From positions 384,001 to 448,000 of the forward strand of contig CAVZQN010000008.1 in NCBI GenBank assembly GCA_963777505.1: DNA of 64,000 bases. The letters run 5' to 3'. Numbering within the stretch: position 1 is the first letter of the stretch; every line of letters starts with the position of its first letter. The notes beneath the pieces were generated by a model. It did no database searches. It worked only from the letters and a program-made list of their open reading frames with translations, and was not told the origin of the DNA. Source of the stretch: an uncultured bacterium (GTDB lineage Bacteria; Acidobacteriota; HRBIN11; JAKEFK01). Made by a program: the position numbers and the translations under genes. This document shows positions 1-9,313 of the stretch, one piece after another.

Positions 1-111
1 ATCCGCTCAAAATAATTTAGAAAGGAATCTAGATTCTCATTCATAGAATCGATCGACTCAATACTCTTGAAGAGGTTTGATTGTTGCGACGCCAGGAAAT
101 TTTGTTCCGGA

Positions 112-780
112 TTAATTTTTGACGAAAGCTTGTTGCTCTAATAGCTGAGGAAATTCCTGAATAATTGCCCCTTTCAATTCAGTGAGCTTTCCATCAAACA
201 GATGAACCGCATTCTCAATAAATACTAATTTCTTTGGATCGCGCAGTTGACGGAACCATTCGCGAACGGAATCAGGTTGACCATATTGATCCAGGCTCCC
301 CTGCACAATAAGCTTTGGGCGTTCATAATCATTTAGGAAGCTGAAATCAGCCACATCGACCGTTACTCCCGCTCCAAGAACAGCCATAACTCGATCATCG
401 CGTGTAGCAGCCATCAACCCAACTTTGGAACCAAAAGAGAAACCGCCGATCACTTTAATCGCTTCAGGATAAAGTTTGTCGAAATGATCCATCACGGCCT
501 CGACATCTCTTTGTTCCCCTATTCCGTGATTGAACGAACCAGAAGATCTGCCTACTCCACGGAAGTTAAATCGTATCGTAGCAAATCCAATCTGATTCAG
601 GGCCATTGCAATGGAATAAATAACTTTATTGTGCATGGTCCCGCCATAGAGCGGATGCGGGTGGCACAGTACCGCCAGATGTGTAACCTTTTTCGAAACA
701 TAGGAGAAGATTCCTTCCAGTTCCCCTTCGGGCCCCGGTATAAAAACCATCTCACTTTTCTTAGCAATTGCTGAATTCAT
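112..780 (-). CDS. Alpha/beta hydrolase (COG2945-like)
   Basis: HPHPLYGGTM motif, RFNFRGVGRS, nucleophile elbow GFSFG, catalytic Asp (GSLDQY) and His (AVHLF). Confidence 0.85.
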   Translation of the reverse strand: MNSAIAKKSEMVFIPGPEGELEGIFSYVSKKVTHLAVLCHPHPLYGGTMHNKVIYSIAMALNQIGFATIRFNFRGVGRSSGSFNHGIGEQRDVEAVMDHFDKLYPEAIKVIGGFSFGSKVGLMAATRDDRVMAVLGAGVTVDVADFSFLNDYERPKLIVQGSLDQYGQPDSVREWFRQLRDPKKLVFIENAVHLFDGKLTELKGAIIQEFPQLLEQQAFVKN

Positions 781-927
781 GCAGGGTCAATGATACCGTT
801 CTTGCACTTGAGGCGCAATCTTTTCAGAGGGAATTTTGTTCTTAAGAGAAGTGTCTCAAACCTCACCAAAATAAAGGCTTAGGTCATATTCAATGCAGTT
901 TGACTGTCTTAGGAATGCAATTACCTA

Positions 928-936
928 TGCTAGAAT
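928..936 (+). promoter_or_regulatory. Extended -10 promoter element (TGcTAGAAT) for the arc operon
   Basis: TGnTAGAAT lies ~165 bp upstream of the GTG at 1101; no well-spaced -35. Confidence 0.4.
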
Positions 937-944
937 TGGAATCT

Positions 945-1083
945 GTTTTTCGGGGGCAAAGGTCCGCATGTACTAACCACTCCATCTTGAAACGAATGTT
1001 TAACTCAACTGCCATGTCACTTAGATAAATTTGCGCCTTGGCAGCTGAATTAGATTTCGATGTGGGTGGTATTCGCGAAGAAT
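945..1083 (+). ncRNA. Candidate structured leader RNA (long imperfect hairpin)
   Basis: Pairings by eye: 976-986 with 1059-1070, 998-1014 with 1039-1055, 946-952 with 1076-1082, and a small GGGC-AAAG-GUCC hairpin; ends just before the AGGAGG RBS. Confidence 0.35.
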
Positions 1084-1100
1084 TGAACTAAGGAGGATTT

Positions 1101-2414
1101 GTGAAAACCCGCATCCTTATCATGGGAGCCGCTGGTCGTGACTTCCATAATTTTAATGTGCTGTACCGCGAGAATCCTGATTTTGAAGTTGTTGCATTCA
1201 CTGCGACTCAAATTCCAAATATATCGGGACGAAAATATCCTGCGGAACTCGCAGGCAAATCGTATCCAGATGGAATTCCCATTTTTGATGAAAAAGAATT
1301 ATCCGGTCTCATCAAAAAATATTCAGTACAACAAGTAGTTTTTTCTTACAGTGATGTTTCGCACGAATATGTAATGCACAAAGGCTGCGAAGCGTTGGCT
1401 TCGGGTGCCGACTTTCATTTCATCAATCCTATTTCAACGATGCTTCCTTCGCAGAGACCAGTTGTGTCCGTCTGCGCTGTTCGTACGGGATCCGGTAAGA
1501 GTCAAACTACTCGAAAAGTATCTGAAATATTAAAAAATGCTGGGAAAAAAATAGCTGTTGTTAGGCATCCAATGCCTTATGGCGATCTTGTCGCTCAGCG
1601 GGTTCAAAAATTTGCAACAATGGATGATCTTGACCGGTATGACTGTACGATTGAAGAACGAGAAGAATATGAACCTCATATTGCACGTGGGGTTACGGTC
1701 TTTGCAGGTGTAGATTATCAAGCAATCTTAAGTGAGGCTGAAAGGGAAGCTGAGATTGTGGTATGGGATGGTGGAAACAATGACACTCCATTTTACCGTT
1801 CGAATCTTGAGATTGTTGTTGCTGATCCACATCGACCGGGACATGAATTAACTTACTTCCCGGGAGAAGTAAACTTTCGACGTGCGGATGTAATCGTCAT
1901 CAACAAGATTGATACAGCTTCGTTTGAAAATATTAATCGTATTCGACACAACATTCGCATAACCAATCCAAAAGCAGTCGTCGTTGATGCTGCTTCTCCG
2001 ATCTTTGTCGAAAATCCAGAACTCATTTTCAATAAACGTGTGCTCGTTATTGAAGACGGTCCGACACTTACGCATGGTGAAATGAAATACGGCGCAGGAA
2101 TTCTGGCTGCTAATAAATTTGCCGCGAGTGAAATTATTGATCCGCGCAAATTTGCCGTTGGAACGATTGCTGAAACTTTTAGGATTTATCCTGAAATTGG
2201 AATACTTTTACCAGCAATGGGATATGGACAAAAACAGCTGAAGGATTTGGAAGAGACGATTAATCGATCTGATTGCGATGTTGTCATCATTGCAACGCCT
2301 ATAGATCTCAGGCGGCTCGTGAACCTCAATAAACCTGCAGTTCGAGTTCAATATGAATTGCAGCCGATCGGCTCACCATCTCTTGAAGATGTGCTAAAGC
2401 CTTTCATATCCTAA
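1101..2414 (+). CDS. arcE: Arginine synthetase ArcE-like P-loop enzyme (COG2403 predicted GTPase / cDPG-synthetase family)
   Basis: N-terminal GAAGRDFHNFN, P-loop AVRTGSGKSQT, RHPMPYG, EEREEYEPH, WDGGNND, EDGPTLTHG, PAMGY; AGGAGG RBS; directly upstream of carbamate kinase and OTC. Confidence 0.75.
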   Translation: MKTRILIMGAAGRDFHNFNVLYRENPDFEVVAFTATQIPNISGRKYPAELAGKSYPDGIPIFDEKELSGLIKKYSVQQVVFSYSDVSHEYVMHKGCEALASGADFHFINPISTMLPSQRPVVSVCAVRTGSGKSQTTRKVSEILKNAGKKIAVVRHPMPYGDLVAQRVQKFATMDDLDRYDCTIEEREEYEPHIARGVTVFAGVDYQAILSEAEREAEIVVWDGGNNDTPFYRSNLEIVVADPHRPGHELTYFPGEVNFRRADVIVINKIDTASFENINRIRHNIRITNPKAVVVDAASPIFVENPELIFNKRVLVIEDGPTLTHGEMKYGAGILAANKFAASEIIDPRKFAVGTIAETFRIYPEIGILLPAMGYGQKQLKDLEETINRSDCDVVIIATPIDLRRLVNLNKPAVRVQYELQPIGSPSLEDVLKPFIS

Positions 2415-2416
2415 TC

Positions 2417-3361
2417 ATGCGGAACCAGATCGCTGTTATTGCATTTGGCGGAAATGCCATTCTGAAAGAAAACGAGCGCGGAACGCAGGAAGAACAAATC
2501 AGGCATACTGATGAAGCCTGCGATCTCATGTCACAAATTGTTCAACGGGGTCATGAACTCGTAATCGTTCATGGAAACGGACCCCAGGTCGGCAATATTT
2601 TGATACAAATGGAAGAAGCCGCAAATAAAGTGCCCTCATTTTCATTGGATGTTTGTGTTGCAATTTCGGAAGGAAGCATGGGTTATATGCTCGAACGTTC
2701 ATTGCGGAATCAGTTTAGAAAACGAAATCTTAAAAAAGAAGTAACGTGTCTTATTACTCAAGTGATGGTGGATCCGCGCGATTCCGCTTTTGAAAATCCC
2801 AGCAAACCGATTGGACCTTTCTTCACAGCATATCGTGCTGCGGCGCTGAAAAAGGAAAAAAAGTGGCCGATGGTTGAAGATAGTGGACGTGGATATAGAC
2901 GCGTTGTAGCTTCTCCACTCCCACAAAAAATAATTAACATCGATGTAATTAAAGCGCTGCTCGCACAAGGCATAAATGTTATCGCAGCCGGTGGCGGTGG
3001 AATTCCCGCTTATTATGACGGACACGATAACATCAAAGGTGTCGAAGCTGTTATCGATAAAGACTACACGAGCAGTTTGCTTGCATCGGAATTGAAGGCT
3101 GATCTATTTGTAATACTTACAAATGTCGATTATGTCGCAATTCATTTCAACAAACGGAATCAGAAAAATCTTACGAAGGTCCGGTTGAAAGAAATCAAAC
3201 GTTATTATGATAAGGGTCACTTCCCGTCCGGCAGTATGGGACCGAAAATTAAAGCGGCGATGGACTTCGTCGAAGCAGGCGGAAAAGAAGTAATCATTAC
3301 ATCTTCACGTGAATTATTAAAAGCACTTCGTGGACAATCCGGAACACATATCGTGAGATAG
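2417..3361 (+). CDS. arcC: Carbamate kinase
   Basis: AFGGNA, HGNGPQVG, PSKPIGPF, EDSGRGYRRVVASP, GVEAVIDKD, GSMGPK. Confidence 0.95.
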   Translation: MRNQIAVIAFGGNAILKENERGTQEEQIRHTDEACDLMSQIVQRGHELVIVHGNGPQVGNILIQMEEAANKVPSFSLDVCVAISEGSMGYMLERSLRNQFRKRNLKKEVTCLITQVMVDPRDSAFENPSKPIGPFFTAYRAAALKKEKKWPMVEDSGRGYRRVVASPLPQKIINIDVIKALLAQGINVIAAGGGGIPAYYDGHDNIKGVEAVIDKDYTSSLLASELKADLFVILTNVDYVAIHFNKRNQKNLTKVRLKEIKRYYDKGHFPSGSMGPKIKAAMDFVEAGGKEVIITSSRELLKALRGQSGTHIVR

Positions 3362-3365
3362 GTTT

Positions 3366-4307
3366 ATGAGCAACAGTATGAAACATTTTTTAAGTCTGAA
3401 AGATATAACTCCTGAACAGATGAAGGAAATTTTCGAACTGACGACGGACGTTAAAAAGAATTCCTCGAAATATTCAAAATCGCTTACGGGAAAAACGCTT
3501 GGGATGATTTTTCAAAAGTCCTCAACCAGAACCCGCGTTTCATTCGAAGTCGGAATGTATCAACTCGGCGGGCATGCTCTGTTTTTGAGCTCCCAGGACA
3601 TTCAAATAGGCCGTGGGGAAACGATTGCAGATACAGCACGTGTACTATCAAGGATGCTGGACATGATTATGGCGCGTGTGTTCGGACATGACATCGTTGT
3701 CGATCTTGCACGCTTTGGTTCAGTACCGGTCATCAACGGGCTGTCTGATTTTTCTCACCCGTGTCAGGCGGTTGCTGACTACTTCACACTCTATGAACAT
3801 TGGGGAGGAAATATTCAAGGGCGCAAAATCTCATATGTAGGTGACGGTAATAATGTTTGCCATTCCTTGCTTTTTGGTGCAGCAATTCTCGGAATGCATA
3901 TTGCTGTTGCTGCTCCGGATGGATACAAACCGGATCCATCGGTTGTCGAATTCAGTTCCAACCTTGCAAAGAAGACAGGTGGATCGATAGCGATTGTTAC
4001 AAGTCCAGTAGACGCAGTGAAGAATGCAGACGCCGTCTATACAGATGTTTGGGCTTCAATGGGACAGGAAAAAGAATATCTGGAGCGCAAGAAAATATTT
4101 GGAGACTATCAGGTAAACAAGAAATTATTTTCTCAGGCAAAACCAGATGCAATTTTCTTGCATTGTTTGCCAGCCCATCGCGGAGATGAAGTGACCGATG
4201 ATGTAATCGATAGTCCAAATTCAGCAGTGTGGGATGAAGCAGAAAACCGGCTTCACACACAGAAAGCAATTATGCTGATTCTTGCCCGAAATCATGGCTG
4301 GCTCTAA
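3366..4307 (+). CDS. argF: Ornithine carbamoyltransferase (ArgF/ArcB)
   Basis: STRTR carbamoyl-phosphate motif, HPCQ, DVWASMG, FLHCLPAHRG, EAENR. Confidence 0.95.
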   Translation: MSNSMKHFLSLKDITPEQMKEIFELTTDVKKNSSKYSKSLTGKTLGMIFQKSSTRTRVSFEVGMYQLGGHALFLSSQDIQIGRGETIADTARVLSRMLDMIMARVFGHDIVVDLARFGSVPVINGLSDFSHPCQAVADYFTLYEHWGGNIQGRKISYVGDGNNVCHSLLFGAAILGMHIAVAAPDGYKPDPSVVEFSSNLAKKTGGSIAIVTSPVDAVKNADAVYTDVWASMGQEKEYLERKKIFGDYQVNKKLFSQAKPDAIFLHCLPAHRGDEVTDDVIDSPNSAVWDEAENRLHTQKAIMLILARNHGWL

Positions 4308-5703
4308 GTACATTCGCTTTTTTCTTTCATTTCTGCTTTTAGCTTTTTCAATCAGTGCTGAAGAACCACATCTAAAAATTATTCGCGATCTTGCAGCCCT
4401 CGGTCCGCGCGTATATGAGACCGATGCTTCGCGAAAAGCTGCTCAGTATATTCATGATCGGCTCAAAGGTTATGGTCTTCCGGATGTTAAGCTTCAACCA
4501 ATTGAAGGTTCGCGCGGAGCCTTCAATGTAATCGCTTTTGTACCTGGAAAAGATCCCTCCAAACAAATCATCATCGGTTCACATCATGATTCAGTAGAGG
4601 AAGCCCCCGGCGCATACGACGATGGTGGCGGAACTTCAGTGATGATGAATGTTGCGCACCATTTTGCAGCGATGCAGCCTCCATATACTTTGGTGTTTTG
4701 TTCGTTTGATGGTGAAGAAGTTGGGTTTAATGGCTCTATAGCATTTGCTAAAAGTTTAACAAAAGAACAACGCGAAAAAACTTTGTTCATGCTTTGTCTT
4801 GAAATGATGGGATGGCAAAAAGGCTCATCAAACATTCAGACACTGAAGTATGAACTTGGTGGACGGAATCCAAAAGTCCAAAGTCTGAGTGGCCACGGAT
4901 TGTTAACACCTGCGCCGCTTACAAGATTGATCTTGCAGTCAGCACGAACGGCGAACATTCCGTTTGCGCATGGAGATCCTAACATTTCGTTGTTATATCA
5001 GCTCGGCGTGCGTTTGATGAAGGTTCGTTTTTATGGCGATGACATTGCTTTTCAACTTTCAGGGATTCCTGCAGTCATGTTTACCGATTCTTCTTTTTCA
5101 GCATTTTATCCTGACTATCATCAGCCTGGTGATGTCCCTCAGAATTTGTCCGAATCGCGTTTAGCAGAAATGAGCAGGCTGATTACAACAATCGTACATC
5201 GAGCAAAAGCGGAAGACTTTGGAAAACCGGTTGATTCAAAATCACAGCAAGAATATCTGACGCTTGGTCCGATTTTTCTCACACATGATGTGATGCGCGT
5301 CTTATATTTTGTTACTCTTGCAATCCTTATCTGGCATTTAATTGCACGTTATGGCAAAAATAAATTCGTTGTGGTGCTTTTGTTTGAAGCTCTTTTCCTT
5401 ACGAATCTGTTTAGCCATTATGCAACCTTTGCGTTTGTCGTATTTGGAGTATCAATCTGGCTTTATTTAATCTTTGAGTGGATCGGGTTCCGTTCATGGT
5501 GGCGCAATTTACTGATTTATGTCCCTCACCTCGCAATCGCTGCATTTGCAATTGCTGCCTGGCATCAGCAATTCGTCTATGGCACCTATGTCACCCGCCT
5601 CGACACCGTCTTCCTCGCCGTTGCCGTCATCCTCTCTTTCCTACGTATCAATAAGCTCCATTTACCGCAGAGTCACAAAGAATTCTCTGCGTCTTTGCGG
5701 TGA
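4294..5703 (+). CDS. Membrane-anchored M28 family (amino)peptidase
   Basis: Signal peptide; Zn ligands GSHHDS, GAYDDGGG, DGEE, YHQPGD; several C-terminal TM helices; overlaps the end of OTC. Confidence 0.85.
   Translation: MAGSKYIRFFLSFLLLAFSISAEEPHLKIIRDLAALGPRVYETDASRKAAQYIHDRLKGYGLPDVKLQPIEGSRGAFNVIAFVPGKDPSKQIIIGSHHDSVEEAPGAYDDGGGTSVMMNVAHHFAAMQPPYTLVFCSFDGEEVGFNGSIAFAKSLTKEQREKTLFMLCLEMMGWQKGSSNIQTLKYELGGRNPKVQSLSGHGLLTPAPLTRLILQSARTANIPFAHGDPNISLLYQLGVRLMKVRFYGDDIAFQLSGIPAVMFTDSSFSAFYPDYHQPGDVPQNLSESRLAEMSRLITTIVHRAKAEDFGKPVDSKSQQEYLTLGPIFLTHDVMRVLYFVTLAILIWHLIARYGKNKFVVVLLFEALFLTNLFSHYATFAFVVFGVSIWLYLIFEWIGFRSWWRNLLIYVPHLAIAAFAIAAWHQQFVYGTYVTRLDTVFLAVAVILSFLRINKLHLPQSHKEFSASLR
5664..5701. 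repeat. REP-like palindromic element between convergent genes (possible bidirectional terminator)
   Basis: accgcagagtcacaaagaa / ttctctgcgtctttgcggt form an imperfect inverted repeat; the right arm matches the copy at 9864. Confidence 0.7.
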
Positions 5704-5707
5704 ATAA

Positions 5708-6583
5708 TCATCGGGGGTGGGACCAGGGTGGAGGAGCGACTGGCTGACTACATGGAGTTTCAGCGGCGGGAGGCGCAACCGGAGCGAAGATGACCCCCAG
5801 CAAGATACCCAACGTAAATGGAATGATCCATTCAACTGGAATTAATCGCAGTTTTGTAAAAATCGATGATGTCAGTTTTGATTCGGTATCGTTTATCCGA
5901 GGCTGAATTTCTTGAATATACCCCGCAACCCACAACAAAAATAACACTCGATAACAAGTAATTCGATCCAGTTCAGGATCGGAAAGTATTTCTGCAAGCG
6001 AAGCGCTGCTTTTCAAATAATTCAACATCCGTTTTTCACCAGGCCGTAAAGCATGCTCAACTACTTCGAATTCACAGACGCGATACTGTCGGAGTACCTG
6101 CTCAGAAAATGCAACGGCACTTCTAATTTCCAGAGAGGCGCGGTCCGTTTGCAGCAAAATTTCAGATAATGGTAATTCGATTGGGATCATCTGCGGTTTC
6201 AATGACGCTAATTGAGATGAAAAAAAGAGATGGGTCCCCGAATGCATCAAAAGATGTGCGTTTGCATAACAATGCTCTTTCAAAAGATTTCGCAGTGAAT
6301 CGGGTTCGATTAAATTCTTCTGAACTACGGCAAGCCCAAGGGTTCGAGATTCAGTGATAAAAGATTGAGCCCATGTAAGCTTCTCGGGGTCAACTACACT
6401 GTTGTCATAAAGAAAGCGTGTGAAAGAATAATCGGCAGAAGTTGATGAGAAGCAAACGAGATCTCCATGTTTTACGGTCCAGTGCAAATAGCTTCGGCCA
6501 AGCTGGGCGGTGAGTGTCCCGCTTTTCTTAAAGTAACTCAGTTCACGGATCATTTCCCATCGGGAAAGAGCCTCTAGCGCCAT
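5708..6583 (-). CDS. DUF4388/PATAN-like domain protein with a C-terminal TM helix
   Basis: N-terminal L..LS..E.IREL....KSGTL pattern, GDLV, a helical-hairpin LG...V..NLI segment, C-terminal TM plus Pro-rich tail; coupled to the pilX-like gene. Confidence 0.55.
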   Translation of the reverse strand: MALEALSRWEMIRELSYFKKSGTLTAQLGRSYLHWTVKHGDLVCFSSTSADYSFTRFLYDNSVVDPEKLTWAQSFITESRTLGLAVVQKNLIEPDSLRNLLKEHCYANAHLLMHSGTHLFFSSQLASLKPQMIPIELPLSEILLQTDRASLEIRSAVAFSEQVLRQYRVCEFEVVEHALRPGEKRMLNYLKSSASLAEILSDPELDRITCYRVLFLLWVAGYIQEIQPRINDTESKLTSSIFTKLRLIPVEWIIPFTLGILLGVIFAPVAPPAAETPCSQPVAPPPWSHPR

Positions 6584-7932
6584 TGTTCGCTCCCCTCAAG
6601 AATCATTACAAATTCAAATGAGGGTAAAAAAGGATATCGAAATTTGGATGATTGAAAGTGAACTTCATCGACATCGGCGGCCACAAACATGGCTGAATTC
6701 AAAGCGATAGACTCTTGAAACCATACCGCCTTACCGCCATTTTCAATTACTGACAAAAAGCTATCGCGTTTTTCTGGTTCAATCACCAACGAAGATCGGC
6801 CGATTTCATTCTTCCAGCTTTCAATCTCAACAGGAGGAACTATCGCTGCTCCTGGTTCGACAATCAGGCTTGCTTCAATCCCGTCATAAATTGCACTTCC
6901 GAATGAAATCAGTAATGCATGAATGCGCACAAATGCCGGAGAGACGGATGAAATCCAGATCGCTCCGCCTGCAGAGATGCAGATCGGAAAACGTTGAGTC
7001 GACGTTTCAATCGGCTGAAGACTGCTATCTACAAAAATGTTTGAAATCGCCGAAATATAAATAGGGTGAAGTACTTTGGCGTCCGGAAGGTGTGAAATCT
7101 GACGATAGCTCTGGCGAATTCGAACTGCATCGTCAAACCAAAAATGAAGTACACCAATAGTTCCCAGATCAATTCCGCTATAGATCACACGCCAGCGTTG
7201 CATCGGCTCGGCTTGCAGCGTCACCTGATCAAGATTCATTTCATATTCAGTGCCATTCCAAAACAACGGATTTTGAGCGGTAATTAACAATCCGTCCGAT
7301 CGAGCGGCTTGAAAGAAATCATCCAGGGTATGAAGCGATGTGAGATCGGGGTAAGAAATGATTTGATCGGTCTTCTTTCGAAATGATGCATTGATTTCTG
7401 GTGTAACCACACCATGCACAAAGTCACGAAATCGTACCGTTGGAAGTGGCAAAGTGAGTCCATCTGAAGCGAATACTCTGCCATCAACAAATGAAGCCTT
7501 CTGCAATGTTTGAGCGGAATTCGTGAAGAGCGCGAAATTTTCTAATCTGACCTGTGAGACATTCAGATCCAGGGTCGAATGATATCGGCCTTTTTGAACA
7601 TCCACGCGCAGTGAATTAATGCCAGCGGTGTTCCATGGTGCGCTTAGTCCGGCCTTCACTTCGTATCCATTCCAAATAAATGGGACTAAACTTTGCCCTT
7701 GCCATCGATCAGGGTCATGGAAAAAACGCGGCGTTTCAGAATCCAAATTATGAGTGTCAATCATTAATCTTGAGGATTGTTCGCACGCAATTCTTGCATT
7801 TTCGTTTTCAAAATGGTTTCTGGCTGACGCGTAATAATTCCCCGAAATTAAGAGCAAAATCAGTGCAAATAATGTCAGAATCAACAAGAACATCAGGCTG
7901 AGCACTAAAGCAAAACCATTCCTGTCTTTCAT
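6574..7932 (-). CDS. PilX-like minor pilin / pilus assembly protein
   Basis: Likely start MKDRNG|FALVLSL (prepilin cleavage site, no Glu5, as in PilX/GspK); ATGA overlap with the upstream stop. Confidence 0.7.
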   Translation of the reverse strand: MKDRNGFALVLSLMFLLILTLFALILLLISGNYYASARNHFENENARIACEQSSRLMIDTHNLDSETPRFFHDPDRWQGQSLVPFIWNGYEVKAGLSAPWNTAGINSLRVDVQKGRYHSTLDLNVSQVRLENFALFTNSAQTLQKASFVDGRVFASDGLTLPLPTVRFRDFVHGVVTPEINASFRKKTDQIISYPDLTSLHTLDDFFQAARSDGLLITAQNPLFWNGTEYEMNLDQVTLQAEPMQRWRVIYSGIDLGTIGVLHFWFDDAVRIRQSYRQISHLPDAKVLHPIYISAISNIFVDSSLQPIETSTQRFPICISAGGAIWISSVSPAFVRIHALLISFGSAIYDGIEASLIVEPGAAIVPPVEIESWKNEIGRSSLVIEPEKRDSFLSVIENGGKAVWFQESIALNSAMFVAADVDEVHFQSSKFRYPFLPSFEFVMILEGSEQWR

Positions 7933-8624
7933 GGAGTCACCGAGAAAGAAGCCTGAATCAACCCGGAGCGCCAGGTCATAGTCAATCGACTGCCTGTCCA
8001 TTGGTAAAGAAATTCTTCGACTGGACCGAAGTAGGGTTGTGATTGTCCAGAAGGTCCAATCCAATAGAGCGCATTATTGTTATGAGCAAAACCATGGACT
8101 TCAACAGGCACAAAGTAACCGGAAAGAAGCTCCGGCTGGTTTAGAAATAAATCGACCAATAGATGCAATTCCTGAGGCTGCGGAAGTACATCCGTAACCT
8201 TGCCGTAATTCCATGAAAATTCCGCATCGGAAGTCATACCTGCAAGCGCCACCGTCGTTCCAATGGCAACACTTGCATCTACCGGGACACGCCAGATTGA
8301 CGCTTCATGAATGAATGGCATCGGATCTGCCATTGGCCGTGCCAGCGTAAAAGAACTTGAAGATGGCTGTCGTCCAAAATCCAATCCTGAGAAAAAGAAT
8401 GGAATATCAGACAGGACACTACTCTTCTTGAAGCGGCTTGCAGAGCTTTGAAAAAAAGCTTTGAACGCAAGAAGTCTATAATTCGATTCCTCCTCCGGCC
8501 GTGTGCGATCGATCATCATTTGAGAAAGTTGCATTTCAGCATCAAGAGCTTTAAAGCCGGCAAGAACGAGAACAAGAAAGAACGATGTTGCACATAAGAA
8601 TTCAACCAGAGATGAGCCGCGCAT
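7929..8624 (-). CDS. PilW-like minor pilin
   Basis: MRG|SSLVEFL prepilin-like N-terminus with Glu5 and a hydrophobic helix. Confidence 0.65.
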   Translation of the reverse strand: MRGSSLVEFLCATSFFLVLVLAGFKALDAEMQLSQMMIDRTRPEEESNYRLLAFKAFFQSSASRFKKSSVLSDIPFFFSGLDFGRQPSSSSFTLARPMADPMPFIHEASIWRVPVDASVAIGTTVALAGMTSDAEFSWNYGKVTDVLPQPQELHLLVDLFLNQPELLSGYFVPVEVHGFAHNNNALYWIGPSGQSQPYFGPVEEFLYQWTGSRLTMTWRSGLIQASFSVTP

Positions 8625-8628
8625 ATTT

Positions 8629-8979
8629 TTACTCCGAACGATAGAAGATGCTTTCTACAATCACGCTTGCTGCAGGCCGATAAAGCACCCGGCATTGCAC
8701 CTGGCGTGTTCCAAAATATGGAGTATTCAACTGCACCCGCCATTGAATTGAGAAAAGTCCATGCTCTTCTTGTTGTTCACCTTCTGATAAATCCTGCAAG
8801 GGCACGATCCGCAATTCCTCAATCTTTTCCAACAGAAGCAAAGTTGCACGCTGGTTCATTTTTCCTTTTCCGATCAGGTGAAGAGATGTCATATTTGTTC
8901 TCCCCAGAAACAGAAGGGCAAACAGAAGCAGAAACAAACTGATCATGACTTCTACATATGTAAACCCCCGGTTTCTCAT
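8629..8979 (-). CDS. PilV-like minor pilin
   Basis: MRNRG|FTYVEVMISL canonical type IV prepilin motif; 116 aa. Confidence 0.8.
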   Translation of the reverse strand: MRNRGFTYVEVMISLFLLLFALLFLGRTNMTSLHLIGKGKMNQRATLLLLEKIEELRIVPLQDLSEGEQQEEHGLFSIQWRVQLNTPYFGTRQVQCRVLYRPAASVIVESIFYRSE

Positions 8980-8992
8980 GCGGGGAACTCAT

Positions 8993-9008
8993 TACAAGAC
9001 GTGTGCCA
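8993..9008 (-). promoter_or_regulatory. Putative sigma54 promoter for the minor pilin operon
   Basis: Minus strand TGGCAC-ACGTC-TTGTA; correct -24/-12 spacing but GT instead of GC at -12, and very close to the ATG. Confidence 0.4.
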
Positions 9009-9313
9009 GAGTTAGATGGTCGAGCGGATTTCAACCTTCGATTTGAGAGGTGTTAATTGATATTGAAAAACGAAGAACTGTAGGTTTTAGATTGACTTAC
9101 AACTGACAACCCGATTTGTCACCGCTCATAAAGCGTGAAAAATAAATTTTCTATGCGTGCATGGCACTTTGCGAGAAATGCCCTACCGCAATTGCCAAAA
9201 ACCAATTCGCTGCTTCAAGTCCGAAAAATGGGAATCGGAAAAGCCAATAGCTATGATAGGTTTTGTCGCTGAATCGTGCGTTAATAAGAAGGAACATCAA
9301 AGGAGAAACACAT

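Noticed and set aside
1059-1080. T-box-like sequence GATGTGGGTGGTATTCGCG in the arc leader
   Set aside because: The bulge reads UGGUAUU rather than UGGNACC, and there is no downstream antiterminator strand, terminator or recognisable stem I/specifier loop
945-1083. Leader hairpin as 6S or SRP RNA
   Set aside because: No large central bubble (6S) and no CAGG/GGAA/AGCAG domain IV motif (SRP)
1101-2414. Annotation as cyclic 2,3-diphosphoglycerate synthetase or generic GTPase
   Set aside because: No 2-phosphoglycerate kinase nearby; coupling to carbamate kinase and OTC favours arginine synthetase
7933-8064. N-terminal extension of ORF 6574..8064
   Set aside because: Overlaps the pilW-like gene; the prepilin motif and ATGA coupling place the start at 7932
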